From Octopus sinensis (Eukaryota), in NCBI RefSeq assembly GCF_006345805.1, contig NC_043007.1, forward strand, positions 19,716,001-19,780,000: a stretch of 64,000 nt of DNA. Direction: 5' to 3'. The position numbers and the translations under genes are program-made. This document shows, in pieces, positions 1 through 12,400 of this stretch. The notes below the pieces were generated by a model. It had not been told where the DNA came from. It saw only the letters and a list, made by a program, of their open reading frames with translations, and ran no database searches. How positions within the stretch are numbered: position 1 is the first letter of the stretch; every line of letters begins with the position of its first letter.

Positions 1-146
1 CGAGGTCTACTTTACCTTTCATCCTTTCGGGGTCGATAAATTAAGTACCAGTTATGCACTGGGGTCGTTGTAATCAACTTAATCCTTTTGTCTGTCCTTG
101 TTTGTCCCCCTCTATGTTTGGCCCTTTGTGGGCAATAAAGAAATAA
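1..146 (+). mobile_element. SINE family S1 (Nin/Deu-core-like), 3' part
   Basis: CCTTTCATCCTTTCGGGGTCGATAAATTAAGTACCAG core and TTTGTCC...CCCTT(G)TGGG..ATAAAGAAATA tail, matching many other copies in the window. Confidence 0.85.
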
Positions 147-577
147 ACGATGAAGCGCTCTTATGATGGCGTATCAACAATTCTTTAATATCTCTATAGA
201 AATATTGACTAATCTTGGAGTTCCTTCGTTTATTAAAATTTTAATGGTATCGCTTACACCAGCGAATTGTGGTGATTCATTAAGATCGTGAATGATAGGC
301 ATTTCATAAAATTCCGCTGTGACTTGCGAATCAGCAGATTTTTAAGTACACTTTTCTTGCAGATCTGTAGAATAATGCCCAATGTCAAAGTTTCTATCAT
401 AATTGCAATAAGATATAACAACGTTACGACATACAACGGCAATTTCAGTGAAAGGGAGACGACTCCGTAAGCTCTGTTACTTCCCTTAGTTTATTAAATT
501 TGTTAGAACTGGCTGCAGGCAAACAATCAGATTTTGAAGTCTCTCCAGGGACAGCGTCTGCTGTTCGGTAAATAATA

Positions 578-770
<193 letters not shown>

Positions 771-771
771 T

Positions 772-1630
772 ATATATATATATATGTAAAGCTGAAGTTG
801 TCTGTGTGTGGCAGGTTTGGCAGCCTTCAACTAACACTATCTCCTCCGAGACCCTGCGGTGCAAACGTTGACCAAAATTGAGATTATGATAGAAGAAGGC
901 TTGCTTTTCCCTCCGTAGAAGTAAAAGTTCAAATCGGAACATGTTAACACCAAAAATTAATACATCAAAAAGGTGCCTTTTTCTATGAAAATCCCTATTT
1001 TTTAACGATTTTTTTTACTGCTGTTGTGGCCATTTTCGGTTTGATTTCAACCAGACTAATCTCTCTTTATATTAAAGCTGAAGTTGTCTGTGTGTGGCAG
1101 GTTTGGCAGCCTTCAACTAACACTATCTCCTCCGAGACCCTGCGGTGCAAGTTGACCAAAATTGAGATTATGATAGAAGAAGGCTTGCTTTTCCCTCCGT
1201 AGAAGTAAAAATTCAAATCGGAACATGTTAACACCAAAAATTAATTACATCAAAAAGGTGCCTTTTTCTATGAAAATCCCTATTTTTTAACGATTTTTTT
1301 ACTGCTGTGTGGCCATTTTTCGGTGTATTTCAACCAGACTAATCTCTCTTTATATAAAGCTGAAGTTGTCTGTGTGTGTATGGCAGGTTTGGCAGCCTTT
1401 AACTAACACTATCTCCTCTGAGACCCTGCGGCGCAAGTTGACCAAAATTGAAAGCATGATAGAGGAAGGCCTGCTTTTCATTCCGTAAAAGAAAAAAAAA
1501 CTTCAAATGTTGTACAAGTATCACAGTGTGAATTCCACAAAGGCATATAAGATTGGTTTTCGTTGATTTTCGAACAGAAATGCAGAGAACGACATGATCA
1601 GCCGATTGCATTTGTAGAACCATCAAATTG
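772..1630 (+). mobile_element. Tandem array of three ~285-bp Helitron-like 5' segments
   Basis: Units at ~783, ~1073 and ~1355 start TC..TATATAAAGCTGAAGTTGTCTGTGTG. They share GCGGTGCA..TT(G/A)ACCAAAA with the complete Helitrons at 18479 and 25311. The third unit diverges after ~140 bp. Confidence 0.6.
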
Positions 1631-1679
1631 TTTGGAACTTACGTTGGGTTGTCTTAGGAAGTTTCTTAGCTCAAGTCTT

Positions 1680-1790
1680 CTATCTGAGTTCCACACAAGT
1701 AACTGCATTCTCAGTGCTTCAGTGTAAAGATAGGAGTCAGACAAGGTTACCTGCTGGCGCCTATACTGTTGGAAATTTTCCTGTACTGTA
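1680..1790 (+). mobile_element. Non-LTR reverse transcriptase fragment (RTE-like)
   Basis: 1718-1783 translates FSVKIGVRQGYLLAPILLEIFL, resembling the RT GV.QGC.L.P.LF motif. Confidence 0.6.
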
Positions 1791-1897
1791 TTACCAGCTG
1801 TAGTGCCTTTTTCAGTATCCTAAGGCTATATAGGCTACAGCTAAGCTAAGATATGAACTGAACATTAAGCAAACACATGAATCGGCACACGTGCGGA

Positions 1898-3151
1898 TAC
1901 ACACACACACTCACACAACATACATACATGCATGCATACATGCATACATACAAACATACATGCATACATACGTACATACATACATACATACATACATACA
2001 TACTACATACAAACATACACATACAACATACATAATACATACGTACATACTACATACATAACATACATATATATACATACATACATACATACATACATAC
2101 ATACTACATACATACAAACATACATACATAATACATACATACATACATACATACGTACATACATACATACATACAACATACGTATGTACATACATACATA
2201 CATACATACATATATACATAAATACATACATACATACATACTACATACATACAACAACTACATACATAATACATACATACATACATACATATGTACATAC
2301 ATACATACATACATACATATATACATACATACATACATACATACATACAATACATACATACATACATACAAACATACATACATAATAACATACATACATA
2401 CATACATACATACATACATACATACATACATACATACATACATACATACATACATACATACAAACATACATACATAATACATACATACATACATACATAC
2501 GTATGTACATACATACATACATACATACATACATACGTACATACATACATACATACATACATACGTATGTACATACATACATACATACATACATATATAC
2601 ATACATACATACATACATACATACATACATACATACATACATACAACATACATACATAATACATACATACGTACATACATATATACATACATACATACAT
2701 ACATACATACATACAAACATACATACATAATACATACATACATACATACATACATAATACATACTACAAACCACATACATAAACAACATACATCATAACT
2801 AATACATACATACATACAACATACATACGTACATACATATACATTACATTACATACATACATACGTACGTACATACATACATACATACAAACATACATAC
2901 ATAATACATACATACGTACATACATACATACATACATAATACATACATACATACATACATACATACGTACGTACATACATACGCATACATACATACATAC
3001 ATACATACATACATACATACATACATACATACATACATACATACATACATACATACATACATACATACATACGTACGTACATACATACATACATACAAAC
3101 ATACATACATAATACATACATACGTACATACATACTACATACATACATACA

Positions 3152-3182
<31 letters not shown>
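1898..3182. repeat. ~1.3-kb imperfect (CATA)n array
   Basis: Continuous CATA run with CGTA, CAAA and TAATA variants; source of the MYVC/HTYI pseudo-ORFs. Confidence 0.98.
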
Positions 3183-3184
<2 letters not shown>

Positions 3185-3682
3185 GTATGAGAAATTAAAT
3201 AAATGACAAAGGAAAAAGAAATTATATTATGAATTTTATTAGCTTACAGCTGTTTCTGCAATTAGAAGCAATAACTTCAGAGTTGAGTGCTTGTGTATCT
3301 CCCGATAGCTTCGTCGGAGCTATTTATTGTAGAAACAACAGCTGTAGACTAGCGAAGTTCTTAACACAATTCCTTATTCCTTTGTCCTTTGTATTTCTCA
3401 TTACCGCTCTTTGCTCGGCTGATGCTTCGCTCTGAGGCTTAGGGACTTTGAGTTTGAGCACCGGGTCATTAGTATCGCTATATCTTAACGACACAACAAC
3501 AACAACAACAACAACAATATGTATGTATGCTTATATATATATGGTTCTCTCTCTTTCGCACTCTCTCTTTCTCCCTCCTCCTCTCTCCCTACCTGCTTCC
3601 ACTCCCCCTCTCCCTCCCCTCTCTCTCTATATATATATACATCTGAGCGAAGTATAAACAGTAGCCGCACGACATCATGAAG

Positions 3683-3977
3683 TATATTTGCCACCTAAAT
3701 GTGGCTAACCCTTAAGGGTGGATGCTACAGTAGCCTGTAGCTCCCGGAAGACATCTCCTCCAGCTGGCTATTGAGAGACTATCTGTGCCCTATCAGTATT
3801 TGCAAAGGGAAGTCATCGTTCCCATCTCCAACTTGATGTGATACCCATGGACCCGATCACGTCAGGCTGGAGATGGGAACGATGACTTCCCTTTGCAAAT
3901 ACTGATAGGGCACAGATAGTCTGTCAACAGCCAGCTGGAGGAAATGTCTTCCTGGGGCTACAGGCTACAGTAGCATC
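3683..3977. mobile_element. Foldback/palindromic non-autonomous element (family shared with 44733-45030), right end truncated
   Basis: Inverted arms 3721-3830 and 3868-3977 around a 37-nt spacer; homologous to the complete palindrome at 44733-45030. Confidence 0.8.
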
Positions 3978-3982
3978 TTCCA

Positions 3983-4145
3983 GCAGTCACTTTCTTGATC
4001 CAGAGTAGCACTACCTCATCCAGGCATACAATGTAGGCCTCCGTGTTGAATCTGAGGCCGTGTGGGAAGATGAATGGAGGCATAATGTCGCCATCACTAG
4101 TGATCACTCCAAACACCATGATGTTGACTGGATGTTTAATTTTTG
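3983..4145 (-). mobile_element. maT/DD37D-like Tc1-mariner transposase fragment
   Basis: Minus strand reads IKHPVNIMVFGVITSDGDIMPPFIFPHGLRFNTEAYIVCLDEVVLLWIKKVTAG, similar to 56125-56280. Confidence 0.8.
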
Positions 4146-4423
4146 CATGTCCTCAGATTGCACTGTCCTCGGGTTGACATCCAAACACTCTGAAATGTTC
4201 GTATAGAAGCTTCCGTTGTTTCCAAATTTCTGGCTGAGTGAATTGCATCATGGTGCTGTTTTTCTCACAGTCGGTGTCCGACGGACCCTACTATACTGTG
4301 TAGCCGACTAAATCAAACACAAACAACGTACATGAGCAAAATTAAGAATATAAAATGGAGTCAATTTACCCTTCGCACCCTGTATATATATTACACACAC
4401 GCACACACACGCACACACACACA

Positions 4424-4454
<31 letters not shown>

Positions 4455-4796
4455 CTTCATCATTTATCTATAATTCAGCTTATGATAAAGCTGCAATAAT
4501 TAGTGAAAAAAGCAAGCATAAAGGCGAAACATGTACAGAGTTATCTCGTGTCCTTGTTCCCACATTACCAATTACATTAGTCACTGATTAAAACTAGATC
4601 GTTATTTTCGTTTCTAACCATGTAATTACTTGTAATTAGCTTTTAAATGCTCCCTTCATTAAAGTGTTAATTTATATCTTAAATATTATTGTTTCACTTT
4701 ATAACCACAGAATTAACAGAATGTCAGATAAATTACTTTGTGTTATCTCGTTACAATGCTTTACGTTCTGAGTTCAAATCCCGCATCATTCTAGGA

Positions 4797-5048
4797 CACT
4801 GGGTCTCAACCGGGGCCCACATATGAACGCTTAGGGAACCATATGGGATTTTGTTGGTAAAATTTATACAATTTATGCAATAAATTAGTTATATTTTATA
4901 TAAAGTACAAAATATTTTAACAATTTTTTAATACAATATAAAAGTATAAAAGGATTTTTTTAAATATGGAATGTTTATAGGGGTCCCTTCCAGTAAACCA
5001 GTAATCAAAGGTGTCTTGAGATAAAAAAGAATGGTTTTAGAACAACTG
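4797..5048. mobile_element. Degenerate hAT-like MITE
   Basis: Ends CACTGGGTCTCAACCGGGG ... GGTTTTAGAACAACTG resemble CAGTGGTTCTCAACC-type TIRs. Confidence 0.4.
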
Positions 5049-5761
5049 CTCTAGGAGATCGATAAAACAGAAAATTATTGAGATTGATTGATTTCTGCGA
5101 AAATCTATGGTTTTGAGGCTTTGTAAAAAATTATTTTTTGTTTTCTCTACATCATTAAAATCCTAAAAATAGGCATGAGCATCACGACATTGTGAATCCA
5201 AATATGCCTCTCACCTCCTTTAAAATATCGTGAAAAGACCGAAATGTGGGCGAGTGATGAAGAAATTCGCTTGGAAATTTCGAGGTCCTGGGTTCGTTCT
5301 TACTGAGTAACGCGTTGGTTAAGTAACTTTTACCATTGCCAAGAGTTGCCCCATGATTTGTGAGTGAAACTGAATTGATGGAAACTGTGTGGAAGACTCA
5401 AAGTGAGTTTTGAGGAGTCTCAGGGATACATGAGAAATAATTTGGGGCTCCACGTGTTAAGGTTCTTGCACTAGCGTAGGTAGAATGTGTGCCGCCCGGG
5501 ACTGCCCTTCCGTTTGCCGACCCCGGGCCCCACCAAAAAAAAAAAAAAAAATATTGTCTGCAGCAGACCCGAAAGTAGTGCCCCTTTAAAAGTGGCCCAT
5601 CACTCCGGGGGCGAACCGCCCTTCCCGGCCCCTTTAGCTACGCGAGTGCGTTCTTGTAACCGTTTCTCTTTTACTTGTTTTAATCATTGGACTGAGCCCT
5701 GAGGAATTTTGGCGACGGATGAAGGATTCCACAATTTCCTGTTGGTCAACCGGCACAGATT

Positions 5762-6030
5762 CTCTCTTTCCCCTCTTTTACTTCTTTCGGTCATTTGACT
5801 GCGGCCATGCTGGAGCACCGCCTTTAGTCGAGCAAATCGACACCGGGACTTCTTATTCATTGTAAGCCCAGTACTTATTCTATCGGTCTCTTTTGCCGAA
5901 CCGCTAAGTGACGGGGCACATAAACACACCAGCATCGGTTGTCAAGCAATGCTAGGGGGACAAACACAGACACACAAACATACACACACACATATGTATA
6001 TACATATATACGACCGGCTTCTTTCAGTTT
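5762..6030 (-). mobile_element. SINE family S2, 3' half
   Basis: CTTTTACT..TTTC.GTCATTTGACTGCGGCCATGCTGGAGCACCGCC signature. Confidence 0.85.
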
Positions 6031-6413
6031 CTTCTTTCAGAATCTAGGGCAAGTGTAAATGAATTTGGCAGATAGAGACTGTGTGGAAGCCCGTTGTATG
6101 TGTGGTGTAGCTTGTATGTATGTTATGTGTGTGTGTGTGTGTGGGCGGTGGTGTATGCATGTATGTTATATATGTATGTGTGAGTGTGTCGATGGGGGTG
6201 CGTATCTTTATGACGTGACTACACTGCTTAACAACCGATATTGGTTTGTTTATTCTCCAGCGGTTCGGCAAAAGGAATTCGATAGAATGAGTACGAGATT
6301 TAAAAAAAAAAAAGAAGAAAAGAATATGAGTACTGGTGGCGATTTTTTCGACTAAACTCTTCAGAGTGATACTCCAGCATGGCCGCAGTTCAACGACTGA
6401 ATATATATATATA

Positions 6414-6840
6414 GGCGCAGGAGTGGCTGTGTGGTAAGTAGCTTGCTAACCAACCACATGGTTCCGGGTTCAGTCCCACTGCGGGGCATCTTGAGCAAGT
6501 GTCTTCTGCTATAGCCCCGGGCCGACCAATGCCTTGTGAGTGGATTTGGTAGACGGAAACTGAAAGAAGCCTGTCGTATATATGTATATATATATATATA
6601 TATATGTTGGTGTGTGTGTGGGGGGGGGGTTGTGTGTCTGTGTTTGTCCCCCTAGCATTGCTTGACAATCGATGCTGGTGTGTTTATGTCCCCGTTACTT
6701 CGCGGTTCGGCAAAAAAGAGACCGATAGAATAGTACTGGGCTTACAAAAAGAATAAGTCCGGGGTCGAGTTGCTCGATTAAAGGCGTGCTCCAGCATGGC
6801 CGCAGTCAAATGACTGAAACAAGTAAAAGAGTAAAAGAGT
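6414..6840 (+). mobile_element. SINE family S2, full length (tRNA-derived, internal microsatellite)
   Basis: Head GCAGGAGTGGCTGTGTGGTAAG (A box) with GGGTTCAGTCCC (B box); CTTG(A/G)GCAAGTG core; (GTAAAAGA)n tail. Confidence 0.9.
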
Positions 6841-6876
<36 letters not shown>

Positions 6877-6881
<5 letters not shown>

Positions 6882-6953
6882 GGAGCTTCTGCAGGACCAG
6901 AACTGTTTCATTCAAGAGAAGAAACAGTTCTGGTCCTGCAGAAGCTCCTTCTA
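6877..6953. repeat. Perfect 33-bp inverted repeat with 11-nt loop
   Basis: 6877-6909 is the exact reverse complement of 6921-6953. Confidence 0.95.
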
Positions 6954-7029
6954 TATAATAAATTAATTTTACTCTGCTATGTATTGAGTACCTTATTTAC
7001 TGTGGTTAACCCCGAATCAACCCGGGACC

Positions 7030-7065
<36 letters not shown>

Positions 7066-7580
7066 TAAAAACGGTAAGATAACAAAAGAAAGAAAAGAGA
7101 CCTCAATATTATGTAAATAGAGGAAATTTATCTGTAAATATAATATGTTGTGGATTTCCACTTCGGCATCTGAAACTCAGATTTTTATCTTGACTATTGT
7201 ATAATGGTAACATATTAATTTACATATATATATAGTTTTCCTATCTTGTTGTTTTATACATCCCTACGGCCATGGTGCGGCATCGCCTCGAAGAAATTTT
7301 AGTCGAATTAATCGACCTCAATGTTTATTTTTAAGGCCTGGTATTTATTTTGTAGGTCACCTCTGCTGAACCGCTGTGTTACGAGGACATAAGTACATCA
7401 ACACCTGTTGTCAAGCGGAAGTGGGGGACAACGACACAAACACTTACCCTCCCTACACACACACACACACAACACACACATATACGTTACATACACACAT
7501 ACACACACATATATATATATACACACACACACACACATATATATGTGTGTGTGTGTGTGTGTATGTGTGTGTGTGTGTGT

Positions 7581-7874
7581 GTGGAGGCGCAATGGCCCAG
7601 TGGTTAGGGTAGCGGAATCGCGGTCGTAGGATCGCAGTTTCGATTCCCAGACCGGGCGTTGTGAGTGTTTATTGAGCGAAAACACCTAAAAGCTCCACGA
7701 TGCTCCGGCAGGGGATGGTGGCGATCCCTGCTGTACTCTTTCGCCAAAACTTTCTCTCGCCTGCTCGCTTAGCCAGCGGGGTGGCGTCATTTGAAGGCTA
7801 TAAAAAATGCGAAGCGCATTGTGACCAGCGATGTGTAACAACATCTGATAGCTTGGTCGGTCACGGTGATCACA

Positions 7875-7880
<6 letters not shown>
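7581..7880 (+). mobile_element. SINE family S3 (tRNA-derived; possibly an Octopus OR-type SINE)
   Basis: Head GGAGGCGCAATGGCCCAGTGGTTAGGG..GTTTCGATTCCCAG; 3' end GGTCACG(G)TGATCAC.GTGAT. Confidence 0.85.
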
Positions 7881-7910
<30 letters not shown>

Positions 7911-7916
<6 letters not shown>

Positions 7917-8537
7917 ATGTTTGTATGTATACACACCGGGCTTCTTTTAGTTCGCCTCCCCAAATGCACTGACGAGGGTTTGGCCAGCCCGAGACTAAAG
8001 TAGAAAATGGGGCCCAAGGGGCCACAGAATGCGACTAAATCCCGGAAGTATGTGAACCGGGAAGCAAGTTTCTTACACACAGCCACACCTGCGAACTACG
8101 TTATTTATTTTCTATTTTAATTTACACAATTTACCTGTTTCTAAAAACACAGTTTGGTGGAATTTTTGGCTGCTATTTCCGGCATATCGAGCAATCACGT
8201 AAAAATTCCTGCGAGAGCTGGGTGAATGCAATTGGGAGAGTTAAGGAATAAAGAAAGAAGGTTAAGGGTTAGGTTTTATAAATAATATGAAGTAGGTTAA
8301 TGACATCATTACGTTTGTTTGTTTTTTCCAGAAGAGGGCAGTTAGAGGGTTTTTTTTTTCTCCAGTTGTTTGTTATATTGAACGTCACAACGGTTGATAG
8401 GTGGATCGGCCATTGAAGGGTAGTAGCAACATCTAAGTGGACAGCGATTGTGGAGGCACGGCGATAGGTACGTGCAGACGTCTACATGGTTAAGTATGTT
8501 ATCGCGTGTGCGAAAGGGGAAATAATCTATATATATA

Positions 8538-8569
<32 letters not shown>

Positions 8570-9175
8570 GGTTATGTATGTTTGTATGTATACACACCGG
8601 GCTTCTTTTAGTTTCCGCCTCCCAAATGCACTGACGAGGGTTTGGCCAGCCCGAGACTAAAGTAGAAAATGGCTGCCCAAGGGGCCACAGAATGCGACTA
8701 AATCCCGGAAGTATGTGAACCGGGAAGCAAGTTTCTTACACACAGCCACACCTGCGAACTACGTTATTTATTTTCTATTTTAATTTACACAATTTACCTG
8801 TTTCTAAAAACACAGTTTGGTGGAATTTTTGGCTGCTATTTCCGGCATATCGAGCAATCACGTAAAAATTCCTGCGAGAGCTGGGTGAATGCAATTGGGA
8901 GAGTTAAGGAATAAAGAAAAGGTTAAGGGTTAGGTTTTTATAATAATATGAAGTAGGTTAATGACATCATTACGTTTGGTTTGTTTTTTCCAGAAGAGGG
9001 CAGTTAGAGGGGTTTTTTTTTTCTCCAGTTGTTTGTTATATTGAACGTCACAACGGTTGATAGGTGGATCGCATTGAAGGAGTAGCAACATCTAAGTGGA
9101 CAGCGATTGTGGAGGCACGGCGATAGGTACGTGCAGACGTCTACATGGTTAAGTATGTATCGCGTGTGCGAAAGG

Positions 9176-9180
<5 letters not shown>
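7911..9180. repeat. Tandem direct duplication of a ~640-660-bp unit
   Basis: 7911-8525 and 8571-9180 are near-identical and separated by (TA)n; differences are almost all small indels. Confidence 0.9.
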
Positions 9181-9210
<30 letters not shown>

Positions 9211-9276
9211 ATGTATGTTTGTATATATATATAAGCATATATATATGTATGTATATATATATATATATATCTATAG

Positions 9277-9308
<32 letters not shown>

Positions 9309-9538
9309 GTGTCTATGTATTTATGTCCATGTATTGCCAAGCGGAAGTAGATATGTTACATGCGTAAAGAGAAAAGGGCTGGTTTCTTAAAGTGCTCCTT
9401 AAAATCGGGAGTGTTGTGTTGCTATGACGTCCTATGACGAAAATGTGACATCAAACGGAAATCAGAAATTGGATCATTCATTGGGTTGTCTCCCCTTATG
9501 AAGTGATTTCACCACAGAAACACGATTCCAAAGTCGCA

Positions 9539-10102
9539 TGCACACACACACACACACGCACGCACACACGCACGCACGCGCTTACACTCACACGCACACA
9601 CGCTCTCTAACAATGACGTATGCGCAAATGTGTATGTGTATGTTACTATATCTGTTCAGGCTTTTGCGTGTGTGTGTATGCATGTGTGTGTGTGTGTATG
9701 CGTATGTGTGTGCATGTGCGCGCACGTGTGTGCATGTGTGTATGTGGTGTATGTGCGTATATGTGTGTGTGTGTGTGCGTGCGCACGTGTGTATGTGTGC
9801 CTGTATGTGTGTGTGCGTGTATGTGCGCGCGCGCGCGTGTGTGTGTGCGCGCACGTGTGTATGTCTGCGTGTATGTGTGTGTGTGCGTGCGCACGTGTGT
9901 ATGTGTGCCTGTATGTGTGTGGTGTGTATGTGTGTGTGCATGTATGCGTGTGTGCATGTGTGCATGTGCGTGTGTGCGTGTATGTGCGTGTGTGAGTGAG
10001 TGCGTGTGTGTGTGTGCATGTGTGCGTGTGCGTGTGTGCGTGTATATGTGTGCGTGTGTGCGTGTATGTGTGCGTGTGTGTGTGAGTATGTGTGTGTGTG
10101 TG
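9539..10102. repeat. Degenerate (CA)n then (TG/CG)n low-complexity array
   Basis: Direct reading; source of the CVCV/HTHT ORFs. Confidence 0.95.
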
Positions 10103-10104
10103 TA

Positions 10105-10490
10105 AGGCGGTGAGCTGGCAGAATCCTCAGCATATTGGACAAAAGGTTTGGTAACACATCTTCTGGCTCTTTACGTTCTGATTTCAAACCCTGCCGAGGT
10201 CAACTTTGCCTTTCATCCCCTTCGGGGATCGATAAAAGAAAGTACCAGTGAAATATTTATTTCCTTATTGCCCACAAGGGCTAAACACAGAGGGGACAAA
10301 CAAGAACAGACAAAGGGATTAAGTCGATTACATCGAAACCAGTGCGTAACTGGTACTTTATTTAACGACCCCGAAAGGATGAAAGGCAAAGTCGAACTCG
10401 GCGGAATTTGAACTCAGAACGTAGTGGCAGACGAAATACTGCTCAGCATTTCGCCCGGCGTGCTAACGTTTCTGCCAGCTCGCCGCCTTC
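10105..10490. mobile_element. Two S1 SINEs tail-to-tail (+ 10105-10240, - 10256-10490)
   Basis: AGGCGGTGAGCTGGCAGAA head on +; GCCAGCTCGCCGCCTT at ~10475-10490 is the reverse-complement head. Confidence 0.85.
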
Positions 10491-10770
10491 CAGTGAAATA
10501 TTGTTGCTAATATAATCGACCAGGCCCTTCCTCTCAAAACATTGCTGGTCTTGAACTCTGCAACGGACAGGCGCTCACTTCTATGTCATGGAAAGCGGCA
10601 ACAGGCATTACGTGTCCTAGGGCTAAAAAAGAAAGAAGAAAACCGTTTGCTTGTGTGGAAGACGAAGCCTCTGTGGATGCCTGGATGAGATGCCTGGATG
10701 AGTCTTGTGACTGCGACCTTGCTGGAGCACCGCCTTGACGAATATCTTGTCGAATAAATCGACCCCAGTA

Positions 10771-10803
<33 letters not shown>

Positions 10804-11049
10804 TTTATTTATTTTTTGGAGCGTGTTACTTATTCTATCAGTTCTTTTGCTGAACTGCTAAGTTATGGGGACGTAAACAAACCAACACTGATTGTCAAGC
10901 AGTGGTAGGAGCCGAAGTCACAAACTCTCTGTTGCTGATGCTGAAATTCCAATGAAGGAGCCTTGGATTTTGGTTAGAAACCGGTCCTTTCTCTATTGCT
11001 AAGAAATCTTGAAATAAGACTGAATAATGACATTCATACACATGGATGG

Positions 11050-11530
11050 ATGGATGTGAGGCGGGTTTCTAGGAATCCAGCAGGACTAAAAACAAGATCT
11101 AAAAAAAGGACGGTTGAACCCAGTGTAGGTTCAACGAGTGTCTAGCAATATCATGGGCCTTCAGAAATTCTGGGTTAGTATCATTGGGAGTGAGACAGCC
11201 CTTTGCCACTGCTAAAGCATGTCCCTTGGAAAGAGTAACTTTAATATAAAACTAGATATACAAGGAATGGCATTGAGCAATCAAGCAGTCCAAATGTTGG
11301 TACGAGTATTGGCACTGCAAACACATTGTGGGCAGCTGTTTTATTGAATGCAGAGAGTTCTGAGGTCGAGATTTTCTTTATCCGACAGTCAGATTCTTTG
11401 GTGACACATGTTTTGTTATAGGTGCCATTGTAAGATATATTTTAATCCACCCCTAGATACTTGTAAAATTCCTCGTCAGTATATATATATAGTTACTGAC
11501 TTCATTCCCGGAATTTGATATTCTAGGCTC
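11050..11530 (-). mobile_element. R4/Dong-like (RLE-type) non-LTR retrotransposon fragment
   Basis: Minus strand DEEFYKYLGVD*NISYNGTYNKTCVTKESDCRIKKISTSELSAFNKTAAHNVFAVPILVPTFGLLD, resembling the post-RT region of RLE LINEs. Confidence 0.65.
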
Positions 11531-11849
11531 ACGAAAATTTATGATACGCGGAGCTGAGTCAAACCGTCATGAAGTACATACAACTGTAACTTAAAGTGTT
11601 GGACGCAATTTTTTTCCATTCGTTCACTCCTTCGCCGTCTCAAGATCTGGCTCCAGCGTAATCAGAAAACGGATAACAGAGTCGTCTGAATGGCGCTGAG
11701 TCAGTACAATCCCCAAATTTACCACATTTTTAAAGCTCGGCTATTGATATAGGATAGGTGATTGCAACCGGTCATTGATCTTGTTCCGAGACGACACTTG
11801 CAGCGGTTCGTAGCAATCCTAGCCACTTGCATCCGCTCGATAATCTCAA

Positions 11850-12400
11850 CACACGTCAGTGAAACCTCATGCCACATCCAAAACCACTCCTTGTCTGGAA
11901 TGCAATGGAAATTGCATATGCCAAAGCTTGAACTTTCTTACGACGGATGTTTTGTCCATTGACAGTCCGTTCACTTGCCATTTTTTGGATTTTATCCTCC
12001 TCACTTCTATCTTCATTGGATCAAACAGGTGGTAGTCGGATCCACCCCAGTTCCTGGCTGTACGGTGGGTAGATTAATGACCACTGGTCAGCCCAATTTG
12101 TTGCTCATTTGTGTATGTGGTTGCACATTGTTATGGTTGTTTTCATGTCTTCTTGTCTTCGATGGTATTCTCACCCTTTTAAACTTCTTCATCCATCTAT
12201 ACAATGATAATTGTGAGCAATTAGCATACTTTTTCCAGGCTCTTCACAAGATCCTACGCTAAAGTGGACATGGCTTCTGTAACCTCGCATTTCGTTTCTT
12301 TTTACTTCCATTTGACGAAATTTACACAACGCGAGTTCTTTGCTTTGGAACTCATCCTTGTCCAGTTTATCAACTTATCCAGTCAGTGCAGTATTTCTCC
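11850..12400 (-). mobile_element. Internally deleted mariner remnant
   Basis: YRWMKKFK (N-terminal HTH) fused to HNNVQPHTQ..KLG*PV and PPYSQEL..SDYHLFDPMK (YSPDLAPSDY motif). Confidence 0.7.

Noticed and set aside
1846-3180. Long ORFs (MYVC/HTYI repeats), and similar IYIY, CVCV and LSLS ORFs throughout the window
   Set aside because: They are translations of stop-free microsatellites, not genes
3229-3480. Unique-looking, protein-like stretch
   Set aside because: No recognisable motif; minus-strand frames all contain stops
7581-7655. SINE heads as tRNA genes (also at 13938, 17710, 32951, 41295)
   Set aside because: A and B boxes are present but there is no complete cloverleaf, and each continues into a SINE body
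8366-8468. Segment with good-looking acceptor and donor inside the duplication
   Set aside because: Stops in all three frames; at most a non-coding exon, and no evidence for it
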